Shown here in pieces: positions 9,793 through 19,324 of a stretch of DNA of 64,000 nucleotides; position 1 is the stretch's first letter; each line of letters opens with the position of its first letter. The notes under the pieces are model-generated. The model did no database searches. It was given only the letters and a program-made list of their open reading frames with translations, and had not been told where the DNA came from. Position numbers and translations under genes: made by a program. Source of the stretch: a virus; IMG/VR virus record IMGVR_UViG_3300042731_007944, positions 40,988 to 104,987 of that record. The stretch is one strand, 5' to 3'.

Positions 9793-10947
9793 CGCGGCAA
9801 GCGTCGCCAGCCCGCGACGCAATAAAACGAGAGAGGACACGTAGTCTCGATTTTCGACCAGCCCGCATTTCGGGCATTCATGCACTCGTTGCGACAGTGT
9901 TTTCCGTACTGGCTCCCCACAGACGCATACTTGTGAACTGCCTCTCGGGTTGGTCGGGATTCGACGTTTCCCTTGCTCTTTGACTTTATAGGCAACGATA
10001 TTCAGAAATAGGCCCCAGGCCGCGTCTGAAATAGAGAGGTGCAAGCCTGACGTATGACACGCACCGTTCGGCAGATACGTCCCAGTATCATCCTGTTTTG
10101 CCTTTGGACGCCTGAGCATATTTCGGATATTCAGGTTTTCGTGAATGAGATAATCCGTTTGTTTTAAGAGCGCGTTTGCTGTCTTGTGTAAAAAATCCAA
10201 CCGCTGACACTTGACGCGATAATGGGTTTTTTGGATGGCCTTCAAAAGTTTGTACCATTGCGGAGAGCGTTTCGGAGCCTTTGCAAATCGCCGTTGAAGA
10301 CGTTTCAGGCGTTGCTGTGATTTTCGGAAGGCTTTGGGATAGACGCAATGAAACCCGTTTGAGGCATAGACATAATCATTCAACCCTAAGTCAATCGCTA
10401 GAGGTGGCAAGGCGTCTTTAGGCTCTACTGATACTTCTAATTCAGTAGAGAAAGACGCAAACCACTTGCCTCCATCTTGTAAAATCGTCAGAGTTTTGAT
10501 TGTGGCCTCTTCCGGGATCGGGCGATGATACACACACTTCATGTTGCCAACTTTTGGTACATAGAATGAGTCAGAGGGACGTTGCGTATATTGCGGATAA
10601 GTAATTGACGACCACCTGCCACGTTTTTTAAACTTCGGGAACCCAGGCACGTCGCCCTGTTTAACTCGGCGGAAGAAGGCGTCAAAGGCGTTATCCAGAC
10701 GGCGTAAGACATCTTGAAGCACCTGAGAATGGACACCCTTAAACCACGGACGGGCTTTTTTAAGGAGAGGAAGTTGGCGTTTTTGTTCATACCAGGACAC
10801 AGACCGGCCTTCCTGCTCATAGACGTCCATACGTTCTTTGAGTGACCAGTTGTACACATAGCGGCACATCGAAAATTGATTCTTCAGGTTTGTCTGTTGC
10901 GCTTTTGTCGGATAAATCCTATATTTATACGCCTTACGAAGGATCAT
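9781..10947 (-). CDS. tnpB: TnpB RNA-guided endonuclease
   Basis: KAYKYRIYPT, RuvC AIDLG / HENL / NRD, Zn ribbon. Confidence 0.95.
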   Translation of the reverse strand: MILRKAYKYRIYPTKAQQTNLKNQFSMCRYVYNWSLKERMDVYEQEGRSVSWYEQKRQLPLLKKARPWFKGVHSQVLQDVLRRLDNAFDAFFRRVKQGDVPGFPKFKKRGRWSSITYPQYTQRPSDSFYVPKVGNMKCVYHRPIPEEATIKTLTILQDGGKWFASFSTELEVSVEPKDALPPLAIDLGLNDYVYASNGFHCVYPKAFRKSQQRLKRLQRRFAKAPKRSPQWYKLLKAIQKTHYRVKCQRLDFLHKTANALLKQTDYLIHENLNIRNMLRRPKAKQDDTGTYLPNGACHTSGLHLSISDAAWGLFLNIVAYKVKEQGKRRIPTNPRGSSQVCVCGEPVRKTLSQRVHECPKCGLVENRDYVSSLVLLRRGLATLAASAA

Positions 10948-11354
10948 TTGGTTTTTTGATCGGCAATATACCGCGTGACCGTCTCTTCTGAAACGTGTCC
11001 GATAGTTTCCACATACGTTGAGGGGTTCCACAGATGCCCATTCCAGAGACGTTTCTGTAACTCTGGAAATTCAAGCAAGAGGCGTCTCGCAGAAATGCCC
11101 TTCATTAATTTATACATATGCGAGGCAGAGTATTTTGGATGCCCAGACACAAACACATGTACATGATCCGGCATGACCTCCAGTGATTGGATGACAAATC
11201 CTTTTTCTTTTGCGATCTCATGTAACAGTGTCTTGAGTCTGGTATCAATGCCGTTGACCAATACCTTGCGACGATACTTGACCGTCCAAACAATGTGATA
11301 GTTCGCATTATACACGACCGTTCTGGCATAGGTAAACCGTTCCTTGTCTCGCAT
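10944..11354 (-). CDS. tnpA: IS200-type Y1 (HUH) transposase
   Basis: YHIVWTVKYRR, DHVH, LWNPS, YI..Q. Confidence 0.95.
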   Translation of the reverse strand: MRDKERFTYARTVVYNANYHIVWTVKYRRKVLVNGIDTRLKTLLHEIAKEKGFVIQSLEVMPDHVHVFVSGHPKYSASHMYKLMKGISARRLLLEFPELQKRLWNGHLWNPSTYVETIGHVSEETVTRYIADQKTK

Positions 11355-11527
11355 ACAGATAGTCTAGAAAAGATAGGGAACTTTGTCAAGAAAATAAATG
11401 AATTTTATGGTGACAGATAGTCATTTTTTTAAGGATAGCGATTCATCTCGGATATAAATAACCGAGGATTCTCGCTATATGATCCTAAAGTACTATCAAC
11501 CCGTTATAGCATCGCCGCGATCCAATA

Positions 11528-11959
11528 ATGACTGAACAACTTACAAAAATTTGTTCGAAATGTAAGGAACCAAAACCACTCTCTGCGTTCTACAGACAAC
11601 AGGAATGTGCCTATGGGGTTTCGCCAGAATGCAAAGAATGTCGAAGGGCATATAAACGACAACATTACCATCGACATGCGACACGTCTCAAAGCCTACGG
11701 CAGACGATATTATCAGGAACACCAGGGAATGGTTTCTCAAAAATTCAAGCGATACCGTAAGCAGCACAGCGAGAAATTCAAGGCGTATCAGCGAGAGTAT
11801 CGTGCTCGTATTCTGGAAAAAGTCATTCAGTTTCTTCGTATCATTGATACAACCACAACACTTGACGAAATCGTTGAAATTGTAGGTGTTCCGAGGACAG
11901 AAGCCAACCATGCCTTGAGAAAAGTCTCTGATCGCTTGCGAGAAAAAGTGCTATCCTAG
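11528..11959 (+). CDS. Zn-finger phage protein (HNH-associated-type N-terminus)
   Basis: KICSKCKEPKPLSAF...CKEC followed by basic helical repeats; no HNH motif seen. Confidence 0.6.
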   Translation: MTEQLTKICSKCKEPKPLSAFYRQQECAYGVSPECKECRRAYKRQHYHRHATRLKAYGRRYYQEHQGMVSQKFKRYRKQHSEKFKAYQREYRARILEKVIQFLRIIDTTTTLDEIVEIVGVPRTEANHALRKVSDRLREKVLS

Positions 11960-12784
11960 CGCCGCCGCGATCCGATCCGTCACCTTCCGAAATCCCTCTG
12001 ACGTGGGATGTAACTCATCTTTCCAGTCCTCCGGCGTCAGCGTGCCTTGCGTGTTCACCACCGTCAGCCCATCGATTGCTTGCACCGTTCGGGCATAGAG
12101 TGTTAGCAACACCCGAATCAGGTCCCGTTGATCCGCCTTCTTCGTGATGTGCGCCCGTTCTAAGGCGGGCGTGATCCACGGTTTCACGATCTGCCAGCTA
12201 AACAGGGAAAAGCCTTTGCCGGACGGATCGGGATAGTCATACGTATGGCAGATGATCCGGATATCAGGGTTCTTCGACACCTCCGGGACAACATGCGCCA
12301 GATCCTCATAATAGCCTTTGATCTTCAGCAGCCGGGCCGCCACGCGATCCCAGCGCACGCAATCCCGCCAGGGCATGCCTTTGCGGTGCGGCCACAACAA
12401 GCCGTCCAAATTCGAGACCAGATCGTTCCCGCCGCCTGAGAACAAGAGCACGTCAAACGCATACGACTCCAGCGTCCAGCGCAATTTCCAACGCTGTCCG
12501 CCGTCTAACATGTCTGAGAGCGTGTCGCCGGGCCGGGAAATATCGTAAATCGTCCAATTCCGGTCGTGTGCCTGTTTTCGCAAGTGATGGACGAGATTTG
12601 AGGCGCGGCCCCAGAACAGATACTTGCGCGGATACGAGAGCCAGCTATCACCCTCGCACAGGATGCGTTTTGCGCCACGAAAGCGGCGTTCCAGCGCGCG
12701 ATAGACGCGTTCATCTGCCGTAAAGCGTGTCATGATAGCCACCACCAAAAGAGAAACGGCAAGCAGCCGAAGACAAAGCAGCAC
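11951..12784 (-). CDS. SGNH/GDSL hydrolase with N-terminal hydrophobic segment
   Basis: GDSW, SGGGND, DELHP. Confidence 0.85.
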   Translation of the reverse strand: MLLCLRLLAVSLLVVAIMTRFTADERVYRALERRFRGAKRILCEGDSWLSYPRKYLFWGRASNLVHHLRKQAHDRNWTIYDISRPGDTLSDMLDGGQRWKLRWTLESYAFDVLLFSGGGNDLVSNLDGLLWPHRKGMPWRDCVRWDRVAARLLKIKGYYEDLAHVVPEVSKNPDIRIICHTYDYPDPSGKGFSLFSWQIVKPWITPALERAHITKKADQRDLIRVLLTLYARTVQAIDGLTVVNTQGTLTPEDWKDELHPTSEGFRKVTDRIAAALG

Positions 12785-12827
12785 GCAAGAAATAACAGCA
12801 TTTTAATAGTGCGCAAGGACATTGTTG

Positions 12828-14411
12828 CTACCCTCCTATCACGAAATATTGTGATTCCACCGGGAGGATTTCCGGATTCGTCACCTTATAGAGTATATCA
12901 TCCAGATAGACCGGATCGGGCGACGAGACCCCTTCTACGGCATTCAATACCGTGCCAACAGCCGTATACCCGGCCCCGACATAGAACTTTTCTGCGTAGC
13001 CGGTCGGCGCATAGGCGGGTTGCCAAAAATAGCGGCTCAGCATCGTGCCAGACGCTTCCACGCTGCCATCAATCAGGATCGACAGCGTGCCGAGGGAAAA
13101 GAGAATTTCCACCTGATGCCAGGCGTTATCATTCATCGTGGTCGTCGTGGTCAAGATGTAGCCGCCAGCCGGGTTCCAGACGTTTGTGAGTTTGATCTTC
13201 GGCGCGTTATACGGAGAGGCTGAGTCCAACGCGACACAAAGGTTGAATGCTTGTAAGATTCCGCGATTGGCGAAATACCCGCCGTTGGTTTTTACCCAGA
13301 AGGACAGGGAAAAATCGCCGTATGGCGTCAAATCGCTGCCCAATGCCGTCACAACTTCGAGATAGTCGCCTCCGGATCCCATACCGGTTGAGGCCGTTAG
13401 TTTGATGGACGAGGCCCCAGTGTGCGCGGTATCCGTGCTATGTTTGACGCCCCCGTGGGCTGTGATGGCATGCGGATCTCCGCTGGAATCGGTAAAGGTG
13501 GTACTGCCGTCTGTGGTGTCTGATTGGAGATTGAAGACCGTCACTTCCCCCGGTCCAGCAAACCCATTGATCAGGAATTTCCCGGTGCCGAGCGTGAGAT
13601 AATCCGGGGAGGCCGCCGCCATCGAGACATTGCTGAAATCGCGTGTTGCGGGCATGACGCCGAATTTAAACAGTGGCGCTTTCGGGGCATCTGGAAGCAA
13701 GAACACGGCTTTTACGGCATCTGTTACCGCCGCGAGTGCTTCTTCCTGTGCTGCGGATCCGGTAGGCGTACAGGATCCCTGTTCCGCTTCCGCTAACCCG
13801 GCAAACGCGCCTGAGAGATGTGCCCCGGCTTCGGTATGCCCTCCTTGAAATTTGGTATCCAGATCGTATTCCACCGAATTCGCCGAGGTGGTTTCATCGC
13901 CACCCTGAAGCGGGGTTCCGTGCTGAATCCAGGCGGGCGGATCATCATTCACCCCAGGATCGGGGGTGCTGCCGTACCCGAGGACAAAATAGTGATACGT
14001 CACGCCTGACGTATTTACCTCTGCCGCCGTGCCGAGCGTAAACCCGGTTGTGGAGATCGCCGTCACGCGATCTGTCTGTGGCGCTTCCTCTGCCGTGCTT
14101 TTCATCTTCGGCATTCCGTCACCTGTGACGAGATACAGGTTGCCGTCTTGCTCGCTCCAAATCCATAAGCAGAGGATTTCGGTAAAGGTCGTGATCAGAA
14201 AATCAATGGTTTGGGCGGCGCTTGCGCCTTCATAGGTACTCGTTTCCGGAATCGGGAAACTATTATACGGGGGCGTATGCCCCCCGCTCGGATAGTGTTG
14301 ATTCAGAAAGCTTTCCCAGAGCTCTTTTCCGTACCGATTTTTCGTATCCGGGTATTTTGGATGATTTTCCGCGATAATATACTCATCCGCGCTAATCAGT
14401 GTTCGTGCCAT
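12828..14411 (-). CDS. Tail/receptor-binding protein with LamG-like domain
   Basis: DGSTTFTDSS, DFSLSFWVK, WHQVEI...ILIDG. Confidence 0.7.
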   Translation of the reverse strand: MARTLISADEYIIAENHPKYPDTKNRYGKELWESFLNQHYPSGGHTPPYNSFPIPETSTYEGASAAQTIDFLITTFTEILCLWIWSEQDGNLYLVTGDGMPKMKSTAEEAPQTDRVTAISTTGFTLGTAAEVNTSGVTYHYFVLGYGSTPDPGVNDDPPAWIQHGTPLQGGDETTSANSVEYDLDTKFQGGHTEAGAHLSGAFAGLAEAEQGSCTPTGSAAQEEALAAVTDAVKAVFLLPDAPKAPLFKFGVMPATRDFSNVSMAAASPDYLTLGTGKFLINGFAGPGEVTVFNLQSDTTDGSTTFTDSSGDPHAITAHGGVKHSTDTAHTGASSIKLTASTGMGSGGDYLEVVTALGSDLTPYGDFSLSFWVKTNGGYFANRGILQAFNLCVALDSASPYNAPKIKLTNVWNPAGGYILTTTTTMNDNAWHQVEILFSLGTLSILIDGSVEASGTMLSRYFWQPAYAPTGYAEKFYVGAGYTAVGTVLNAVEGVSSPDPVYLDDILYKVTNPEILPVESQYFVIGG

Positions 14412-14417
14412 AGCCTG

Positions 14418-14864
14418 TTATTCCACCCCTAAAATAAGATAGTCATAGGTGACGCCAGACGCATTCACCGCCGGATCGGTGCCGACTGTCAGAAACCCGA
14501 CATGCGAGATATCAGTCAGTTGATCCGCCTGAAAAGCGTTCGTGCCAATCTCCTTCGTCCCTGCCATGCCGAGTGTGCGAAAGACCGGATATTCCGTATC
14601 AGGCCGCGACACAAACGCGACAACCGCCTTCAGGCTACTATTGCTATAGCTCACAGGGTGCGCCGCATCCGTGCCCGGAAACGTCCCGGTCTCTGTGACG
14701 AGATAGCCCGAGATTTTATGACTTGAATCGTCATTATGCTCTTTGCTATACGCCGCATACCATTGTTTCATCGCGCGATTGCCAATATCTTCATTCCCTG
14801 ACGGATGATTGGCGTAATCGCGCGGTTCGTCATATTGCGCCCAGCCGAGTTCTGATGCTGCCAT
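14418..14864 (-). CDS. Putative tail protein
   Basis: C-terminus (LTVGTDPAVNASGVTYDY) is paralogous to a segment of the downstream gene. Confidence 0.6.
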   Translation of the reverse strand: MAASELGWAQYDEPRDYANHPSGNEDIGNRAMKQWYAAYSKEHNDDSSHKISGYLVTETGTFPGTDAAHPVSYSNSSLKAVVAFVSRPDTEYPVFRTLGMAGTKEIGTNAFQADQLTDISHVGFLTVGTDPAVNASGVTYDYLILGVE

Positions 14865-14866
14865 CG

Positions 14867-16075
14867 TTACAATGCCTCCATGTCGCGATCTCCTCCGAAC
14901 GACCCGCCATCCCCGGCGGAGCATGCCCCATCCCAGATGTCAGGTTCAGCGGTCAAGACCATGTTGAGCTTTTCCAGGATATAGGACAGCTGCCCGGCAT
15001 CAAGATCGACGTCTTTTTCTATCACTTTTCCAAACTGATTGACGAGGGGGTTTCCGGTGCTATCTCGCAAGAGCGCAGAGGAAAATACCACGCAATCGCC
15101 TTTTTCCGCCTGCATCGGTTTCATATTGATGCACGGCCAGGTCACGAGCCAGAGTGGATGCCCGAATTTCTCAACAAGCCGGGCCTGAATCGTGTGGACC
15201 GTCACGTCGCTGCGCGTCCAATCCAGCGAGAGTTCCCGCAGGCGGATCCCATACCGCGCTTGACTGAACGCATCCAGGCTATCCGCCCCGTCATCAGTGG
15301 CCCGGTAGTTGCTTCGCGCCCCTTCGCTGTAGCGCTTATCCGATTCATAGGCAACGGCATAATTACACTGCACCTGATTCACCAGATTGCGCACATACTG
15401 TGACACCCGCACCCCATCGGTTTCACGTTCGACAAAAAACGCCACAGGGCTGATCCCGGTCGTGAGACCCGTATCGAATCGCACGACAATTTTTCCGTCG
15501 CCATTGACATACCAATCCATCAAAAAGCTTGCGGCAATGGCATTTAGCCAGAACTGATAGGGGTTTTCGTCGAGCATCACCCCGGCGCACGTATACCCGA
15601 GACTCTCAGCCACGTTTCGCGCGATCGCAAAGCTTGTCGGATCAAGATTCGTGGCATCCCCCAGGAGAGCGAAAATCACATCAATCGGGTTCGTCAGGAG
15701 CGCTCCGGTGTCATCCACTGCCCCCAGACATTGCACCGTGATATTCCCCGGATCGGAGGGAAACGTCACATAGGCAATCACCCCTTGTCCTTCATAGTCG
15801 CCAGCCGTTGTGGTGGTAAAATTCGTCAATTCCGTCCCATCCCGATCAAAACAGCGGATGACATTGCCGTTCGCTTCACTCAGGATCGGATGCCCGGCCA
15901 GACAATAATCATGGCTGTTCACATTGAGACACGGCGCAGTCCAGAGCCCGGCATCTCCTGAATTTTCGGACATATCACCCCAGACCTTCGGCAAAAACGC
16001 ATTCGTTTCTCCAGGGGCGCTATAGATGTTCGTCTTTGTGAGCGTCAGGATGTCTGAGAGGGTTACATGAGACAT
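14867..16075 (-). CDS. Putative tail tip/hub protein
   Basis: Position in tail region; TNPIDVI and SQARYG motifs. Confidence 0.6.
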   Translation of the reverse strand: MSHVTLSDILTLTKTNIYSAPGETNAFLPKVWGDMSENSGDAGLWTAPCLNVNSHDYCLAGHPILSEANGNVIRCFDRDGTELTNFTTTTAGDYEGQGVIAYVTFPSDPGNITVQCLGAVDDTGALLTNPIDVIFALLGDATNLDPTSFAIARNVAESLGYTCAGVMLDENPYQFWLNAIAASFLMDWYVNGDGKIVVRFDTGLTTGISPVAFFVERETDGVRVSQYVRNLVNQVQCNYAVAYESDKRYSEGARSNYRATDDGADSLDAFSQARYGIRLRELSLDWTRSDVTVHTIQARLVEKFGHPLWLVTWPCINMKPMQAEKGDCVVFSSALLRDSTGNPLVNQFGKVIEKDVDLDAGQLSYILEKLNMVLTAEPDIWDGACSAGDGGSFGGDRDMEAL

Positions 16076-16944
16076 AGACAGACCCCCCAGATCAGATACT
16101 TTGTTTGCCCGCTACGAGGGCTGGCAAGCGCGTACAACAGAAACAGCCACCCCACGACCCCAGAGAGCAGCAACGGCAACCCGTAATAGCCTATCGTCGT
16201 CATTCGAATACGATAGGCGGTCCGTTGCGATCCCGGCAGCAGACAGCGCGGCCTCGGCGACAGACTGTTCTTCCGGCATTCCCGCCAGAGTTTACGCATC
16301 CAGTACTCAGTACGAAAGGCCAGAACATACCACGGCGTGACCAGGAGACAGACCATTATCGTCATCCAGCCGTGTGTCAGCGCACAGGCGATCACCGCAA
16401 GCAAGGCCACCGGTTTCACCCAGAGCGTGACGGCTAACAGCACGCCGGATACGAGCGGGATCGGACACCCCCACGCCCAGAGTAAGCACATCACGGCCAG
16501 GCTATCATGCGTCAGTTGCCCGATCACCATGGCGAATACCGGAGCCAGCAGCACCCATGCGGCGCGGCGCGGAAGCCAGAGCATCGGCAGCAGACAGCCA
16601 GCGATAGACAGGATTCTCGCGAACTGGCGTGAGTGAATCCGCGACAGCGCAAAGGACACAAACGGATTCTGGAAGCGGCAATAATTCAGAAAGGAGAAAT
16701 CCTGTAGGAAGAGCGCGAGCGACTTCCTGTTCCGCGTTTCCTGCCAAAGCAGATCCGCATCGGCATAGGACGCCTGCTGCCAGAAGACGAACGCGCCACA
16801 ACTCACCAGGGGCAGCAGACGCCATGCTCCGGAGAGGAGAGAGAACCCCCAAGCGAGGACTCCTGAGAGCACGAGCCACACGAGATCCTGCCATCGTAGG
16901 GGTCGAATTGGATCGGCTGCGGTCATGCCATACACGGAGATCAT
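16063..16944 (-). CDS. Polytopic membrane protein
   Basis: Many hydrophobic segments; ATG coupled to an upstream small ORF. Confidence 0.65.
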   Translation of the reverse strand: MISVYGMTAADPIRPLRWQDLVWLVLSGVLAWGFSLLSGAWRLLPLVSCGAFVFWQQASYADADLLWQETRNRKSLALFLQDFSFLNYCRFQNPFVSFALSRIHSRQFARILSIAGCLLPMLWLPRRAAWVLLAPVFAMVIGQLTHDSLAVMCLLWAWGCPIPLVSGVLLAVTLWVKPVALLAVIACALTHGWMTIMVCLLVTPWYVLAFRTEYWMRKLWRECRKNSLSPRPRCLLPGSQRTAYRIRMTTIGYYGLPLLLSGVVGWLFLLYALASPRSGQTKYLIWGVCLCLM

Positions 16945-17084
16945 CGCTTTTGTCCCTCCTCCGCCAGGATCGTGAGATAGCGGTGCCGTTCGTCTGGGGT
17001 TGCTCGAAGAAAGGACACGACAGACAGCACGATCCACGACGCCAACAAGAACAGACATATTCCGACAAACAGCATTACGGCCAT
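16941..17084 (-). CDS. Small single-TM protein (47 aa)
   Basis: Manual translation MAVMLFVGICLFLLASWIVLSVVSFLRATP...; overlaps both neighbours. Confidence 0.5.
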   Translation of the reverse strand: MAVMLFVGICLFLLASWIVLSVVSFLRATPDERHRYLTILAEEGQKR

Positions 17085-18244
17085 GTGACCCACTCCCCAT
17101 CAACCAGCGACAGCGGAAGGGCCCCGACAATGATGTCCGGCATCGCTGTCAGTTCATCATTCCCGTCGCTGTTAACGTACCAGTATTGTTCATCGTTCCA
17201 CACGATCTGGCGCAGTTTGCCGTCATACCCTTCGCCAAACGTGATTGTATTATCAGCCCCGGTGTCGCTGCGGTCCATCAACGTGACGCCGCTCTGGGTT
17301 TCTGCATTCGCGGCCTCGCCCCAATAGAGTTCCAGCGTATTGCCGCCGTCTGTCGAGCACCGGACATAGACGAGTAAGGGCCGGTCGAGATCGTCAGCCG
17401 TCAGCGCATGTGTGTTCGTATACGTCGCGGTGGTCGGCGTTCCGTCAAGATTTTGCCCGGTCGTCACATACAAACAATTACTGGCATTAAATCCGATCTG
17501 GAGTCGGATCGCGCTATATGTTCCGTCACGGATCTCAAAGATCACCCCGGCGTCCGCAAGATCGTCTTTCGTCACCAGCGCCCGAAAGATCCAGTCGTCA
17601 CTTGCCAGAAAGGACCCGGCCAAAACACTATAGGCGACCGTTTCAGATGCCATTGTCCCGGTGCCATCATCTTCTAATGCCAAGACCTCAACCGCGATTC
17701 CGGTTCCGGCGTCAGGAAACACCGTGGACACCGCTTCAGCGACAAGCCGCAAGGTCATCTCATCCAGATGCACTTCCGTAATTTCGCCGGAGAAGAGTTG
17801 GCGAAAGGCTGACGAGGTATTGCCTTCAAACGCCTGCAAAACGGCGATCTGCTGTCCTAATAACGGCTCGTCACGATGATCCCCCAGCAGATCGGAGAAA
17901 AACCCGTCCGTATTGTCCAACATCACGCTATACGCCCCGATCTCTGTTTGCGTGAGGCTCGTGATGAGATCTGAGATCTGCGGGGCCAATGTCTCTGTAA
18001 CGTTACCAAACTCGATCACACGGCCTTCGGCATAGGCCACCGGGATCCCACCAAACGTGCCACCATCGCCAGCCGTGACAGAACCATCCCACTGCGCAAG
18101 TTCTCCAAATCCGCCGATCTCGTCATCGGTGGGCGTGGTAAGCCCGAAAATATAGCGCGTGCGCACGGTCGTAATCACCACGAGCACTTGCACGCGATGT
18201 TCCGCGTCTTTCGCGGCGATATAGGCAGAGTCAAGGTGTAACAT
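17075..18244 (-). CDS. Putative minor tail protein
   Basis: Acidic beta-rich protein two genes after the tape measure. Confidence 0.6.
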   Translation of the reverse strand: MLHLDSAYIAAKDAEHRVQVLVVITTVRTRYIFGLTTPTDDEIGGFGELAQWDGSVTAGDGGTFGGIPVAYAEGRVIEFGNVTETLAPQISDLITSLTQTEIGAYSVMLDNTDGFFSDLLGDHRDEPLLGQQIAVLQAFEGNTSSAFRQLFSGEITEVHLDEMTLRLVAEAVSTVFPDAGTGIAVEVLALEDDGTGTMASETVAYSVLAGSFLASDDWIFRALVTKDDLADAGVIFEIRDGTYSAIRLQIGFNASNCLYVTTGQNLDGTPTTATYTNTHALTADDLDRPLLVYVRCSTDGGNTLELYWGEAANAETQSGVTLMDRSDTGADNTITFGEGYDGKLRQIVWNDEQYWYVNSDGNDELTAMPDIIVGALPLSLVDGEWVTWP

Positions 18245-19324
18245 TCAGATCCTCGTCTTCACGCACTCTTTGAAGTGCAGATCCACGGCCCCGTGAAAAT
18301 CCACCCCGGCGAACTGCTGGCGGAAATCCCGAATATTGCGCCAATCACAGAGAAAGAATGTCTCTGGCTCATCATAAAACAGATGGACATACAGTGGGTG
18401 GATCTTTCCGCTCGTGACGATATCCACCACGGCGGCCTGCATGGCAGCGAGACTCGCAATATCGTTCAGCGATTGCACGTCATAGTGCAGCAGGAGATCC
18501 GCTTGCTGCGCATACGCCTTGTGTCGAAACATGCCGGCTGGATTCTCACTCTCCGCCCCGGTGTAGCCGTAGCCTCGCGAGGACGTCCACCAGGCGTTTG
18601 CTTCGAGTTCGCGATAGGATCCCAGATAGAGCGTCGCCGTTTGAAAATACGACAGCGCCCCATCCACCGGGACGATGCGCCAGTACCGGTACGTCTGATC
18701 CAGGTAGAAGATCAGCTTGTGATCCGTCACGGTGATCGCCTGCGAATACGCCGGGCTGCCCCAACTGTCTGAGGAGTTCGCCTGAAGCGTCAACGTGCTT
18801 TGCCCGGCCACCAGATTGTGATTCATCAGGGCAAAGGCCGTCACCTGCTGCGCACTGCCGAGGTCAATCACGATCGGAAACGTGGCTCCTGACCGAAAAA
18901 GACTGTTGGGGTTCAAATTCAGCAGGTTTCCGGCTCCGTATTTCGCCACGGCGAAGAACTGAAAGGTGTCTTCCAGCGTGAAGTCATCGCCGACCCCCGC
19001 CTGCCAGGCGATCTTAACGCCATAATTCAGCGTGGCAAGCGTCGTGAGGGTCGTGACGCCGGTGGCTTCCCAGCCGGAGCTTTCTGAGGTCTTCCAACGA
19101 TAGGTCGCCTGCCCCACAGAGACGCCGGGTGTGATGCTGTCGATCTGGGCGATGTAATCCAGGTTCTGCGCCCCGGCAAACGATCCGGCGGCAAACGCCG
19201 CCGCGCTGCCGGTCCCTCGCGTTTTCTCCACCCCGGAGACGATCCCCCCGGCCTGACTGCCTGCGGCGATCATATCCACGGACGTAATGTAGTTCGTATC
19301 CAGATAGCGCTCAGCGGTATACAT
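18245..19324 (-). CDS. Putative distal tail protein with carbohydrate-binding-like insert
   Basis: Directly after tape measure; IVIDLGSAQQVT...YRYWRI F5/8-like motif. Confidence 0.6.
   Translation of the reverse strand: MYTAERYLDTNYITSVDMIAAGSQAGGIVSGVEKTRGTGSAAAFAAGSFAGAQNLDYIAQIDSITPGVSVGQATYRWKTSESSGWEATGVTTLTTLATLNYGVKIAWQAGVGDDFTLEDTFQFFAVAKYGAGNLLNLNPNSLFRSGATFPIVIDLGSAQQVTAFALMNHNLVAGQSTLTLQANSSDSWGSPAYSQAITVTDHKLIFYLDQTYRYWRIVPVDGALSYFQTATLYLGSYRELEANAWWTSSRGYGYTGAESENPAGMFRHKAYAQQADLLLHYDVQSLNDIASLAAMQAAVVDIVTSGKIHPLYVHLFYDEPETFFLCDWRNIRDFRQQFAGVDFHGAVDLHFKECVKTRI

Larger units (their letters stand above)
9748..11494 (-). mobile_element. IS200/IS605-family element (tnpA+tnpB)
   Basis: TTGAT (minus strand, 11499-11495) abuts the left end; subterminal hairpin ~11438-11476; right end hairpin ending TTCAC at 9748. 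Confidence 0.9.
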
